Below are positions 14,400 through 25,720 of a stretch of DNA of 64,000 nt, piece by piece. A program made the position numbers and the translations under genes. The notes under the pieces are model-generated. The model was not told the DNA's origin and ran no database searches. It was given only the letters and a program-made list of their open reading frames with translations. Position 1 is the first letter of the stretch, and each line of letters opens with the position of its first letter. The stretch is from Hydrolagus colliei (Eukaryota), in assembly GCA_035084275.1 (NCBI GenBank), contig CM068749.1:13020001-13084000 (forward strand). Direction: 5' to 3'.

Positions 14400-14572
14400 T
14401 AATAATAATTCTTGCATTTGATGTAGCACCTTATTACATCTTCGAGATGTCTCAAAGTGCTTCACAGAATATAGTGTAAAGTGAATTGACTGTATGTTTT
14501 GTGTCTGTCGAAACACAACAGACAATAGCGCTCAGCAGTGTCCCATAAAGAGTCATGGAATGAATGGCCAAT
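14400..14572 (-). mobile_element. SINE 3' half with L2-type tail
   Basis: aataataattcttgcatttgatgtagcacc...gtctcaaagtgcttcacagaatat...gcagtgtccca matches other copies in the window. Confidence 0.85.
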
Positions 14573-15979
14573 TTTTTAAAAATTATTTTGAAATACATAA
14601 AGAATCTTTATGCATATCTTCAAAGTCAATTACTGCAACAACTAACAGTTGTATCAGTTCATCCAGACCCCAGATGATTACTTTTCCCTTTAGTAAGTAG
14701 CTTGAGTCAAGCTACTTACTAAAGACACTTGTCAGCAGGAGTTGACCCTTGGGCTTAAAGCCAGGTAGTTGTTGGTGACTAAGTGGATGAAAACTGAGTG
14801 GATGACCAAAAGTAGAACTTGCCAGCTAAAAAACGAATCATGTCTGTATAAGTAAAATTGTCACTAAATAATTAACATGGTGTAAATAACAAAACCAGCA
14901 GATATAAGCAATGTTAGCTTTTGGCTCTGGAAAATTCCATAGCAATTTGGGGATATTTTAACGCAGCTAATGGGTGGCATTCCTCAATACAGTGTAATTC
15001 AATTAGTTATGGTAGCTTCTATATACAGCGGAGTGGGCAAAACAGTGATTTAGGGGGGTTCTTTGACTGAATCGATGATTCGCTGGCTGACTGGCACGGT
15101 TGTATTATCATGGGGCTTTTTCAAATAGTTTCAGAAGCAAATATACCCCCAGCTGAGGAGGCAATATTATAACATTGTCCTTTTCCTCAGATAATTGATA
15201 AATAGTTTTTAGTGGAATGTCACAGCATGTACAAAGGATGGTTACACAGAGGAGATAAGGGGAACAAAAATGTTATTTTACCCATACATTATACACATTT
15301 TTCTTTTGCTCTGTTTACCAACCTTAGTGCTCGCTTTCATTTATCAGCAACAGTTTAAATTAATTAATGGGAGGAGGTGTGGGAAGAAATCCAGGCAACA
15401 ATAACACTCTTGTTCAAACTTTGACTCCTTCATGTTGAACGTCACCACAGGCATTTTCTTGGCTTCAGAAGCCGCTTGTGTTGAGATAACCCTTTACTAT
15501 AATAAAATTAATAATAAATGATTGTGCAGAGGCCTGTCGTTTGGTAAGCAAATTACTTAATAAATAACCTTGACAAAGGAAGCATATGTTGTGAAGCACT
15601 CAGTTAAGTAACTGGACATTTTGAGACATTGTGTGCATGTTGGAATATTCATCTGTGGATCAAACAAATACTTCAAACAAAATCCCAATGCTGCCAGCAG
15701 ATGGTTACTGGAAATCTTATTCACACAGTGGAATAGGTGGTGCAGTGAGTTAGAACCTTTGCAGGTTAGACTCGAAGCCGACCCAGTCAAACAGACTGGT
15801 TGTTTGTGACAAGTTGCCTCACCCTCAGTTTGCCTAGACCAATTTGCCTGCACAATGTTAATTCTGGGAACAAAAAATACTTTGTTCCCCCAGCACAGCA
15901 TTCCCCCTCCACAGCTTCACCCCCTACCCTATCTCTCCGACTTCCTTTAATCCTTCCTCACCCTATCTGCCCCATCATC

Positions 15980-16135
15980 AATGGGCAAGCTTTTAGCCAT
16001 TCTGCCCTGCTCTCTGGATCTCAATTTCAAAGTCCCTCTTGACTCATCACCCTCCCTCCCCACTTTTAAAACCCCTCAAGACTTACATCGTTATCCATGC
16101 TTTTGGTCAACCATTGTACTTCCATTCCCAACCCT
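15980..16135 (+). mobile_element. Decayed L2 3' fragment
   Basis: Peptide remnants GQAFSHSA and SPSLPTFK, plus ttttggtca; similar to 17080-17270. Confidence 0.55.
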
Positions 16136-16425
16136 CTTCAGATCGACCCTAAAGATCTCGAAAAGTTAAGCCTGATCTATTACTACCAGTATTCCAGGAA
16201 TTCTCTGCTTTAGTTCATGGAAAAATATTTAAAAATTGGTGCGAATTAGCATCACTGCTCAAACCTCTTGCAGGCCAAAGCAAATAAATCAAGCCTGGTC
16301 CCCACTACACAATATAGAGGGAATATGATCTGTGCCCTGACATTGCAACCTGCAATGGTTTGACTTGATTTGAAAGAACTCAAAACTACAACTGCTCTGC
16401 AGTGAAGAGGAAAATCACTCGTCAA

Positions 16426-16556
16426 CCTGGCTCAGTTGGTAGCCTCTTAATTGAGAAGGTTGTGGATTCACACCTCACATCAAGACAGTAACGCAGTGCT
16501 GCGGGAGTATTGCATTGTTGGAGGTGCCGACCTTCGGCTGAGACATGAAACTGAGA
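16426..16556 (+). mobile_element. Deu-domain SINE (SacSINE1/AmnSINE1-like), 5' part
   Basis: Box A tggctcagttgg, degenerate box B, then gcagtgctgcgggagtattgcattgttggaggtgccgaccttcggctgagac, matching my recall of the Deu-SINE core. Confidence 0.7.
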
Positions 16557-16703
16557 TCACACACCTGATTATATTATTTAATCCCTTCAGTTTTAAAGCA
16601 TCATAAATCCTTTCTTTTTGTTGAAAATCGATCCCTGCAATATTTAATTTGCATCCCAATGATTATTTTACAAATTGGGAAAAGTTCAGAGTCTTGAGGC
16701 TTC

Positions 16704-17065
16704 ACTTGTGGCTCAGTTGGTAAAGCTACTGATTTGAGTGAAACTAAGCTCTACGGATGAGGAAGGCTATGGGTTCAATCCATGGTGTGTGCTGTGCTTG
16801 CTGATCTCACAATAATTAGTGTCAGTGCTCCTTTCTCCCTTCCCCGCCCCCCCCCCCCCCAACAACTAAGGGGCAACAAAAATAGGGGACCACAATATAT
16901 GTAAGTGCTCCTTGCTCCCTCCCTTCTGCACCTCCCCCAACAACTAAACAACTAAATGAGGGGTTAAAGTAGCCCTAGATCTTCCCTCTAATCACTTTCC
17001 AGTGACCCCTGCTTTAAAGTATGTGGACACAGGTAGGATGAAGCTTGGCTGTGGTGCACCCCATG
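16704..17065 (+). mobile_element. Ancient tRNA-derived SINE with an internal C-rich duplication
   Basis: Box A tggctcagttgg and box B ggttcaatcc. gtgctcctt..ctccctt..cccccaacaactaa occurs twice. Related fragments at 12820-13040, ~17770-17870 and ~45340-45590. Confidence 0.6.
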
Positions 17066-17074
17066 TTTGTTCCA

Positions 17075-17272
17075 CCATCAATGACTGCGCTTTCAGGCAC
17101 TATGCCCCAGAACTCTGGAACATTCCTCCTCTATCCCTGGCCCCTTCCTTTGCCATCTTCAGGTTGTACCTGAAAACCTTCCTCTTCGACTATGCCTACG
17201 GTCACCTCCCCACCCCACCCCCACCCCCGGGCTCTGCCTGTGTTTCCCCCATTGTCAGGCGCTCTACAAGAT
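17075..17272 (+). mobile_element. L2 LINE ORF2 extreme C-terminus and 3' UTR
   Basis: Translates AFRHYAPELWNIPPLSLAPSFAIFRLYLKTFLFDYAY, the typical L2 ending AFxxxAPxLWNxLP...FKxxLKTxLF. Confidence 0.85.
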
Positions 17273-18020
17273 AGTGAAGTGTGGAGTGAATTGTATGTGT
17301 GGGTTGGGGAGAAAAATGCTAACCTTTCAGTTCAATTCACTCAGAATTTTTCTCCAAAGAAATTAGCTTGGCTTTCCACAGTCTTTTTAGACCCTGCCTA
17401 TCATTGTCTATGGTATCGTTTATGACTCAGAGAGGGGTAATACAAATTGCTTGGCAAGAGCAGAACGATTACATAAAATTCTCTGAATTAAGTCCTGTCT
17501 ACTGAAACACCCAAGTTCAATTTCCTGTGTACTTACGGATAGTGACAGCTTGCTTCTTGTGCCCTGTCTAATGCATAAGTACCACTGAAATAATTCTTCC
17601 AGGCAATTACTCTCTGTTATCCATAGAAACTCCTTTAACCCTTGGAGGCTGAAAGCTTTCAGGTTACGGCCACGATTCACACAACTATCTGTAAAGCCTT
17701 TTTTGATGTGCATCTCTGGAACATTAGACTTAGAGAAATTGATTGATATGTATGTCAATTTTTAAAAGCAACTGAGCTGAACAGACTGGAAAGGACACAG
17801 ATTTGATTCATTTGCGATTTCAGTGAGTTGGATGCTCTGAGTACAGTAGCACGGGTATCCAATGAGCTGCAATTGTGAAATTAAAAAGCTTGTTTGCCTG
17901 TACGAAATCTGGGGAAAGGATTTTACTATAATATTTGTTGTAATAAAACTGTTATTTTGCTATTAAAACAATGACATTTGGAAATTGATCTCTGAGAGAC
18001 TGTGCTTTTTTGCTTCACAG

Positions 18021-18140
18021 GTTGATGACCAAATGAAGCTTCTTCAGAACTGCTGGAGTGAGCTTCTAATTTTAGATCACATTTATAGACAAGTTGCGCA
18101 TTGGAAAGAAGGTGCTATCCTTCTTGTCACTGGGCAGCAG
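18021..18140 (+). CDS. nr5a2: nr5a2 (LRH-1) internal coding exon, LBD helices 4-5 and beta-sheet region
   Basis: Acceptor tttttgcttcacag, donor GTGAGT, 120 bp, phase 0-0. Translates [40 protein letters not shown], close to vertebrate NR5A2. Missing from the ORF track. Confidence 0.97.
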
Positions 18141-18569
18141 GTGAGTAGAAAAGGCTAATACTTTGGTTCTTTCCTGGCAGCTACAAGTATAGTATGTAAG
18201 TTTATTACCCCTTCCAATACCCTTGCAACCCTCTCCCTCCACATTATCTAGACTATGTTGCAAGACAAAATACTACAATATTAGTTTGCTTCTTTTTGGA
18301 TATGTCTACTGCCCACAATTGGCCAGAATATGAAAAACAAGTTATTTTCTGGCTTCAAGATATTTAATGTTTTTCCTATTATAAATGGAACATTTGCTAG
18401 TATCAGTAACAGTCTGTATGTTCGACCTTTTATTGAACAAACACATACATTTGGGCCATTGGGAAAGGTGAAGGCAAGACGTGTTTCCGATGGAGTCAGA
18501 AATGCCTTTCAGTTTTCTTGTGATTTCATTTCAACTTTCAGCACAATGAAGGAAAGTTAGGCAACAGTT

Positions 18570-19110
18570 TGATTCAGTTGGTCACAGTCATGTCTCTGGG
18601 TCAGTTGATTTTATGTTTAACCCAAGCCCTATCCAATGACTTTATGTAATAGTCCAGGCTAACAATCCAATGCAGTACTGAGCAAGCACTACAATGTCCT
18701 TCAGATGAGATACTCAACCAAGGTTTCATTTTGCCTGTGCTGGCAATTCAGGGAGAATTAAAGAACATGATTACAAAGAACAGAGAATTTACTCCTGGTG
18801 ACCTAGTCAATATTCTTGCTTCAATCACCTTCACCCCCATTAATGAACATTCAGTTCAAAGCAGATTGTGGGACATTATGGCGACATAAATTAGCTACTA
18901 CATTTGCTTACATAACAATTGTCAATTCACTTAATTGTGTGAATGTTTTTTGCCCACATATATACAGTCAATTCATTTTACAGTATATTCCGTGAAGCAC
19001 TTTGAGACATCTAGAAAACATGAAAAGCACTATATCAAATGCAATAATTTTTTTTACTGTTAATGTTTTGAGACATTTTGATTTCCTTATGATGCTTCAA
19101 ACAAACATTC
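18570..19110 (+). mobile_element. Near full-length decayed Deu-SINE with a younger SINE tail (18950-19060) inserted
   Basis: Core tccaggctaacaatccaatgcagtactgag...cttcagatgagatactcaaccaagg and tail tgtgggacatt...aaattagct. The insert is flanked by aatgtttt at 18942-18949 and 19062-19069. Confidence 0.7.
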
Positions 19111-21063
19111 TTTTGCAAACATTTTGAACAGCTTTCTTTTAATTGGCTCAGGGTGTGGAATTTATTTCCCCGAAAACCCTGTTTGAAAATGTTGGGGTGA
19201 TTCAGTTAATATTTGTTTTAACTGTTTCATAACAGTAACCAATTTATCTTGAATAATAGCAAGAACATCCAATTCACATAATGGATACTATACATCCACC
19301 TTCATATTTACAAGAACCCGGAATTGAGAAGAAAATTAATCGTCTGTTAGCCTGACCCCCTTTGCCCCCATTTACGCCTCAATAGTGTTGTTAAAAACTG
19401 ACAAGATGATATTTGACCCCGTAGTTTTCACCCCAGGTCATATACTGTGCTACAGATCACTCAAGCCTTATTCATCTGCCTCTGGGACTATGACATGTTC
19501 TTGTTTGCTACCAAATAATATATGGCTGCATATTGGCTTAACCTGAATTTGCTCATGTTCACATGCTTGGCTCAAGGAATACTTTCACTTTAGTACCCAT
19601 GGTGCTTGGTATCACATGCAGGTACATTACCACTTGGCAATAACATGTGGTTCATAACATACACACAATTTAGACATGGTAACTTATGGTTGCACGTTGC
19701 AGAAGATTAGATCACAAGTCGGAGCACCACTGCTGGCCACTGACATTCAGCAAATCACCACTGTGTCTCACTAGGTTGGGTTGAAGCCTAGCATGTAGAA
19801 CCAGCCATATTTTCAGGAATCACATTTTCTACAGCTGAAACACATATCTTCCTTTTGTGGCTAACTGGGGGAAAAAGGAAACCGAGAGAGGGCCAGGGAG
19901 AGAGAGAAAAAGAAGCACATACAGCATGCAAAATCAGTTGTCATTACATTGGCTTGTATCTCGGAGGCTTCTGCCAAAAGACTGTAGATTATTTGGAAGT
20001 TTAAATTGGAATAGCTGTTTAATTTACATCCACACACAGGACAAATATACTCAATTGGGAAGTAAAGGTATCAAGGGATGTGGAGAAAAGGCAGAAGGGC
20101 CTTTTCCATCCATTGTTTCTGTGCTCGTAAGGCAGAAGGCACTGCGCCAATCAAGCTTTACTAAAGAAGTTATTGAAATGATTTGTTCTTCTCTAGTAAC
20201 CTTTATTGAAATTCTGAAAACCACTGTTGCCACCAGAAATAAAAGCATTTCCAGAAATAGCTAAGTATCTTGGCCCCAAAACAAGTAGAGCTTTCCCTTG
20301 AGACAATAGAAGAGAAATGCTTCATAACCATTGTCCTTAACGACCTATAATAAATACCATCTGCACAATAGCTCCATTATTTGGGGGAAATTGGGAATAT
20401 GAATTAACCCTTTCTCTACAAATATTTGAACCTTTAATTTTCAATCCAAATCATATATTGTGTTTCCGATCACTCAAACCTCATTCTTCTGTGGAATTTA
20501 GAAGCCATGATATTGTCCTCATAAACCTACTCTGTACTCTTTCCATTGTTTCCATATCCTTCAATGATGGATTTCAGCATATGTCAAGCACCTGGCTAAC
20601 CAAAACAAAAGCGACAGTGTACAATGCAGTTAATGTAAATCTATCAGACAATATCAAGATATTTTATCATTGTTTCCGTCCTTCAATTTAATTTTGCATT
20701 TATTGGGCTGGAGTGAGCGGTTCTTTGGATAAAGTAGCAACCAAACAAAACACCCGTTCAGTAATGAACCCTACTTGTTCAAGGTTTCCAGAGGTTGTAT
20801 GATAGCAGTAGCATTATAATGAAAAGCTGAGGAGTTACTGTAAGCTGAAAGAATAATTTATCCCACTGTCAACTCAACCATTCATCCTCTTTAAGGCTAT
20901 GAGGTTAAAATAAGGTTTGCTATTGTTATTAAAAATAGACTAATATATATCTACGTCACTAAAGTGATCCTGATCTTTTTTTCTTAGAGGCATCTATGAA
21001 TTAGAAACAACCAAAGTTCTCAATTCTCCATGAATAAGCGCTTTGAAGTTTTTTTCCTTTCTC

Positions 21064-21121
21064 CTGTGAAGCGCTTTGAGACGTCTTGAAGACGTGATCA
21101 GGTGTTATATCAAATGCAAGG
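21064..21121 (+). mobile_element. Tail-only SINE/L2 copy
   Basis: ctgtgaagcgctttgagacgtcttgaagacgtgatcaggtgttatatcaaatgcaag. Confidence 0.75.
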
Positions 21122-21624
21122 ATCATATAACCTGCCGGCTGTCAGACATTTGCTTTTCATTTATATGCACGTTGAGGAACAAAAGGTGATGACTGTAATA
21201 CGCCAGATTACAAGAGTTGTATTTCCACTCCTATTTGCATGCTCTGAATAATAAATATCTGGTGGTACATTGTCACTGGGGAGATGCATACATTCAAACT
21301 GTTCATTATCTTCTATTATTCTAAACTCTATTAAAATGACATGCATGCTTCAGCAAGTGCATCAGAAAGAATCAGTTGATCTGAAATGAGTTTCTTGACC
21401 TTATCTAATTGAAGCACTTCAGAGTGACTTTAACATAATGTTTTTTTGTTTGTAATGTTAGCAGAGGTTTAAAGTTGTGCTGTACAAATGTCCTATTTAG
21501 AAAAAAAACATTCAATTATTAAATAGAAAGCAAACAGACCATGTTACCCAACACGTGAAGTGTTTAGTCGGTAAACACTCACCACTATAGATATTATCCT
21601 GCTAAGTACAGTAAAACATCCCCG

Positions 21625-21878
21625 GGGGAGCCTTCTGCCCCTAACCTCTGGAAATCCATCCTGCAGTCCTTCTGCCTTACCCCCTCCATAGCCTCCTTCA
21701 AGTCCTGCCTCAAGACCCTCCTCTTCGACAGTCCTATCAGTCACCCAAATCACTCCCTTTCCCTCTACCCTCCCAGATCCAGACCCCAGCTCGAGTCTGA
21801 AACATTGACTGTCCAGCAGCTTGGGATGTCCTCCCAATGTGAAAGGCGCTATATAAATGTAATTTTGTTGTTGTTGTT
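21625..21878 (+). mobile_element. L2 LINE 3' end, 5'-truncated
   Basis: Encodes LWKSILQSFCLTPSIASFKSCLKTLLFD, then 3' UTR, terminal stem and (TTG)n tail. Confidence 0.85.
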
Positions 21879-21919
21879 AAAACACCAAATGGCCCATTTA
21901 CAGGATAGAGGATTGGAAC

Positions 21920-22045
21920 TAATAATAATAATCTTTGCATTTGATGCAATGCCATTCATGTCAGGAATACGACTCAAAGTACTTCACAAGATTTTGTGTA
22001 AAGGTATAGTGACAGTATTTTTGTTATCTGAACAAATACTAGCTA
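21920..22045 (-). mobile_element. SINE tail, decayed
   Basis: aataataataatctttgcatttgat...ctcaaagtacttcacaag. Confidence 0.65.
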
Positions 22046-22199
22046 CCAACGTCCTAACGCATTTCAGTGATGAGGATATGATGGTAGGTAACGTCATATA
22101 GGTCTAATTTTCAAATTGGGTTAACAATATATAATGCAAATTTGTGGGTTGGGTTAAGCAAAATTTGCCATAGGCACATATTTGTGTACAATCCAATAC

Positions 22200-22335
22200 A
22201 AATTTACATTTATTTAGCACCTTTCACATCAGGTGGACTTTCCCAAGGCGCAAGACAGTCCTAGCTTGGCACGCAAGCTGGGGGTGGAGAAGGGAAAGAT
22301 GCCTGAAACCATGATCAAACAGGAACGTCTTGAGA
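22200..22335 (-). mobile_element. L2 3' end fragment
   Basis: tttacatttatttagcacctttcacatcagg...cccaaggcgc...gctgggggtgg. Confidence 0.65.
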
Positions 22336-23639
22336 TGAGAAAGAACAATAAAGGTGTAGACAAGGAACAGCAGGTGTCCCAGATTTAGCAACTAATTCAT
22401 AAGATTAGCAGGGATTCTGGTTTCTGCGTAAATTAAGGGAATCAGTGGGCTACCCTCTGACCAAGTTTGCTCTCAATCCAGCTGCTAAAATGTCGGTGCA
22501 AATGAACTAGTCTGATTTTTCTTTAAAGTCTTTCTTGAAAAAAGGAGCACTAATTCTTCTTGGCAGGAGTGGGGTCGCGGGGAGCAGAGAGTACCCAGTT
22601 CTGTTCAGTAGTGTCTGAAAGCACAGGAGAATTTCATGAACTGTATTACAATCAGAGTGCTCTCATATATCTATAAAATAAAGCAAGAGTCCAGCTCACT
22701 TTGTTTTCATACACACAGGTATTAGCATCATTAACATAGTGGTTTGATTGACAGCTATGGATGCAGATTTCACTGACAATTATTTATACTGATCTATTGT
22801 AAGAAAACGAGCTGGTTGACATCTAAAATTCTCCAGGCTTGCAGTTAAAGCTAAAGATTCTACTCATCATATTTACCCAATAAAAAAATTCCAGTCTGCC
22901 TGGTTTTTAATTGCAAATCCTACTTCTGGGACTGGCTCACTTGCTTGAGAGGCACCCCTGTTCCATTCACCACTGAGCATACTGCAGTCAATTAAGGTAA
23001 TGAATTGTCAATAAATATAAAAATTTAATATAGTCGACTCTTGAGTGAGTGGCAGATATGGACTTGCCTCACAGACAAATTTGCTACTGCTGCAAATATT
23101 AAATGCACCTGAAAGAGTTGCAGGCACGGAAGGTGAACACAGAACATCATACGCCAGACAAAGAGTCCTGTTGAAAGATCCCAAGTGATATTAACTCATT
23201 GTCCAGCAGACTGGCTTTGAGGCATCACGTACCTGAAGTGCTGCTTTATGATATGAGAAATATGAACCTGGATAAGTAAGAAAAGTAATTCTGGATCCTT
23301 AGGAAGCACTATTTCCTAATGAGGTACTTTGCTGACAAGGACTGTATACTTGGTGTTTGATTGATATGATTAAGTAAACAGGGAAACCATTTTAGCATTG
23401 TGGGGATAGCTTTGGTTTCTATGCTTAAGTAATCATTCACCATTTGTAAACCACAAAATACACAGTTAAGCATTCACATTTACTGTATGTCCCAGCATAG
23501 AGGTTCAACCACTGTTTATTCTCAGTGCAGTTGCTTCTAAAACGTAGCTGTCATTGAAAAAAATAAATTTTGTAATCTTTAAAAGAAAATGCTGCTTAGC
23601 TTTTGGCTAATCTTAAATTTTTTTTGTGTCCCTTTTCAG

Positions 23640-23787
23640 GTGGATTACTCAGTAATAGCCTCCCAGGCTGGGGTCACACTGAATAACCTCATGAATCATG
23701 CTCAGGAACTTGTAGTGAAATTGCACTCTCTACAACTAGACCAGCGAGAGTTTGTGTGCCTCAAGTTCCTTGTGCTTTTCAGTCTAG
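23640..23787 (+). CDS. nr5a2: nr5a2 penultimate coding exon, LBD helices 6-8
   Basis: Acceptor cccttttcag, donor GTAAGT, 148 bp, phase 0-1. Translates [49 protein letters not shown]. Confidence 0.97.
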
Positions 23788-24221
23788 GTAAGTGCCTTAT
23801 ATTGTCTCATTGTTTAAGGTTGAATCATTTTTATGGAGGCAGTGATCAAGTTAGGAGAGGCATTGCAGCCATTGCATTAGTTTAGCTCTACACACAAAAT
23901 ATGGGACATTCAAATAAGGAAGAAAGAAAGCTCATTTACAGATGTTCAGTGAAAAGTAACACTGGGTCTTTCCATCATTGAGTAATAATTGATTGAATAT
24001 GTTTGAGAAATATAAATGTGTTGACCAATTTTTTTCATCACTTGATTACCTATTTAATATCTAAGAATCACAGGTATGTGATGACTAGTCAGTAATCTTA
24101 ACCAGTGGTTAAGATAACATTGTAAGTCATGAGACTAAAACCATGTGGTTTACAGCAATTTTCTGAATCGCAAAATGATTTGATTGTCAAGAAACAATTT
24201 GTGTACACCCATACCATTAAT

Positions 24222-24398
24222 GGAGTTCTGTAGCTCAGTGGTTAAAGCACTCACCTTATAAGTAACAGTCCTGGGTTCAATTCCAGTCAGGGTGAAATCT
24301 TGGAAGTTTCCTTACTCCATATGCCTAATAATAATCCCTCAAAAAAAAATAAAGTGGTCAATTCAATCCATGACTGTTTGTGGGACACTGCTGTGTCT
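24222..24398 (+). mobile_element. tRNA-derived SINE, head and body
   Basis: Box A tagctcagtgg at 24231 and box B ggttcaattcc at 24274-24284, then gtttccttactc and ccatgactgtttgtgggacactgctgtgt. Homologous to 29171-29443. Confidence 0.85.
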
Positions 24399-24640
24399 TT
24401 AGTCACCCTCCTTTCCTACCTGCCCTCCACCCTCCCCACCATCTGCCCTCCACCCTCCCCGATCCCGACCCCCAGGTTAGGTCCAAAACACTGACTGTCT
24501 AACATCTAGAGACATCCTTTTGACATGAACAACAACAACAGCAGCAATAAAATTATATTTATAGAGCGGCTTTCACATCAGGAGGATATCCCAAAGCGTT
24601 GAAATACACTATAAAATGTAATTTTGTTGTTGCTTTTGTT
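24399..24640 (+). mobile_element. L2 3' end (+) containing a second L2 tail (-) at ~24531-24602
   Basis: The + tail gacatccttttgacatgaa ... cactataaaatgtaattttgttgttg is split by caacaacaac...atttatagagcggctttcacatcaggaggatatcccaaagcg. Confidence 0.75.
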
Positions 24641-25584
24641 TTGTGGGCCTTCATTCCCAGCTAGTTAAATGATGCACTTTTCCGAGCATCCAAGCCTTGT
24701 TCCACTGAATAAACTGGTTGTACATTTCCATACCTTATCTTGTAATCTTTAGCATGTCTGTGTAAAAAAAAAGTTTTACATGTCCTGTGTGTAAAAGAAA
24801 CTTGTACTGGTGGTCAAAAGTAATTTGAAGACGTATGGAAGAGCAAGGTTTTGTGAGATGTGTTGCAGGTCTCCTAAGCACAGTATTTCATGATATTCAG
24901 GTAAAGTGAGTTTTTCATGGGCTGGTCAATGATTGGTTACAGGCTAGTGCACACACCTGACAGATTCTGCATGTGCAGGATGAATGTCCTAAGTTTTAAA
25001 GGTCATTTGCTATAGCTCCGAATGATAAATATTTATGTCAGAAGCACTGTGTTCTGTGCTATGTTATTGATGGTACAGATTTACCTCTTAACAAGACTAC
25101 CCACAGTAAAGCCATTGACTTTAGTTTATCATCTGCATTGTAAATGCGACCTAAAATGCCAAAGCTTATATCACAGACGTTTCATCGGTTGATCTGCTTT
25201 CAGTTCAAACCTTTCTTTTATATCTGAGTGTATTTAAACACAGCATCACATATGAAGTTTGTTCCATTGTTGATTTACTCAAATAAATATTACTGTAAAA
25301 GTCGGGCAGAAAAAATATATAACTGTTTCAGTAACCATGGCCCAGAGTTACGACAAAAGCAGTTGGAAAGCTTCTGTATGTTGCATCGGAAGCTGCTATT
25401 ACGGATTATTGGCACATTTTCAGCAGGCAGTACTTTTAAGTCAATTACATATATCTTTCTGCTAAAGGCAAGAAATCAGAGTGGTTATATATTGATTACA
25501 ACCATGGCAGAAATAAGGATTGGAAACTTTCCATTCACTTGTAATCCTTTGTCAGGATTTGTATGTATGTGATAATATGTACAA

Positions 25585-25720
25585 ATCGCTGTGTGTAATT
25601 GGCTGACGCGTTTCGCCCACAAAATGCACAGTCAATCAATTTCACAATATATTCTGTGAAGCACTTAGAGACACCTCAACAATGTGATAAGGCTTGTCAA
25701 ATGCAAGGATTATTATTATC
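25585..25720 (+). mobile_element. SINE 3' part
   Basis: gctgtgtgtaattggctgacgcgtttcgcccacaaa...ctgtgaagcacttagagac...caaatgcaaggattattatt. Confidence 0.85.

Larger units (their letters stand above)
1..18020 (+). other. nr5a2: Presumed nr5a2 intron; upstream exons lie outside the window
   Basis: No DNA-binding-domain or hinge exon is recognisable here, and exon 18021 starts in the middle of the LBD at a splice acceptor. Confidence 0.8.

Noticed and set aside
23589-23885. 98-aa ORF treated as a stand-alone gene
   Set aside because: It is the nr5a2 exon plus in-frame intron flanks; splice sites delimit 23640-23787.
24222-24293. Possible tRNA gene (also 29372-29443)
   Set aside because: Acceptor and anticodon stems are broken and the sequence runs into a SINE body; these are SINE heads.
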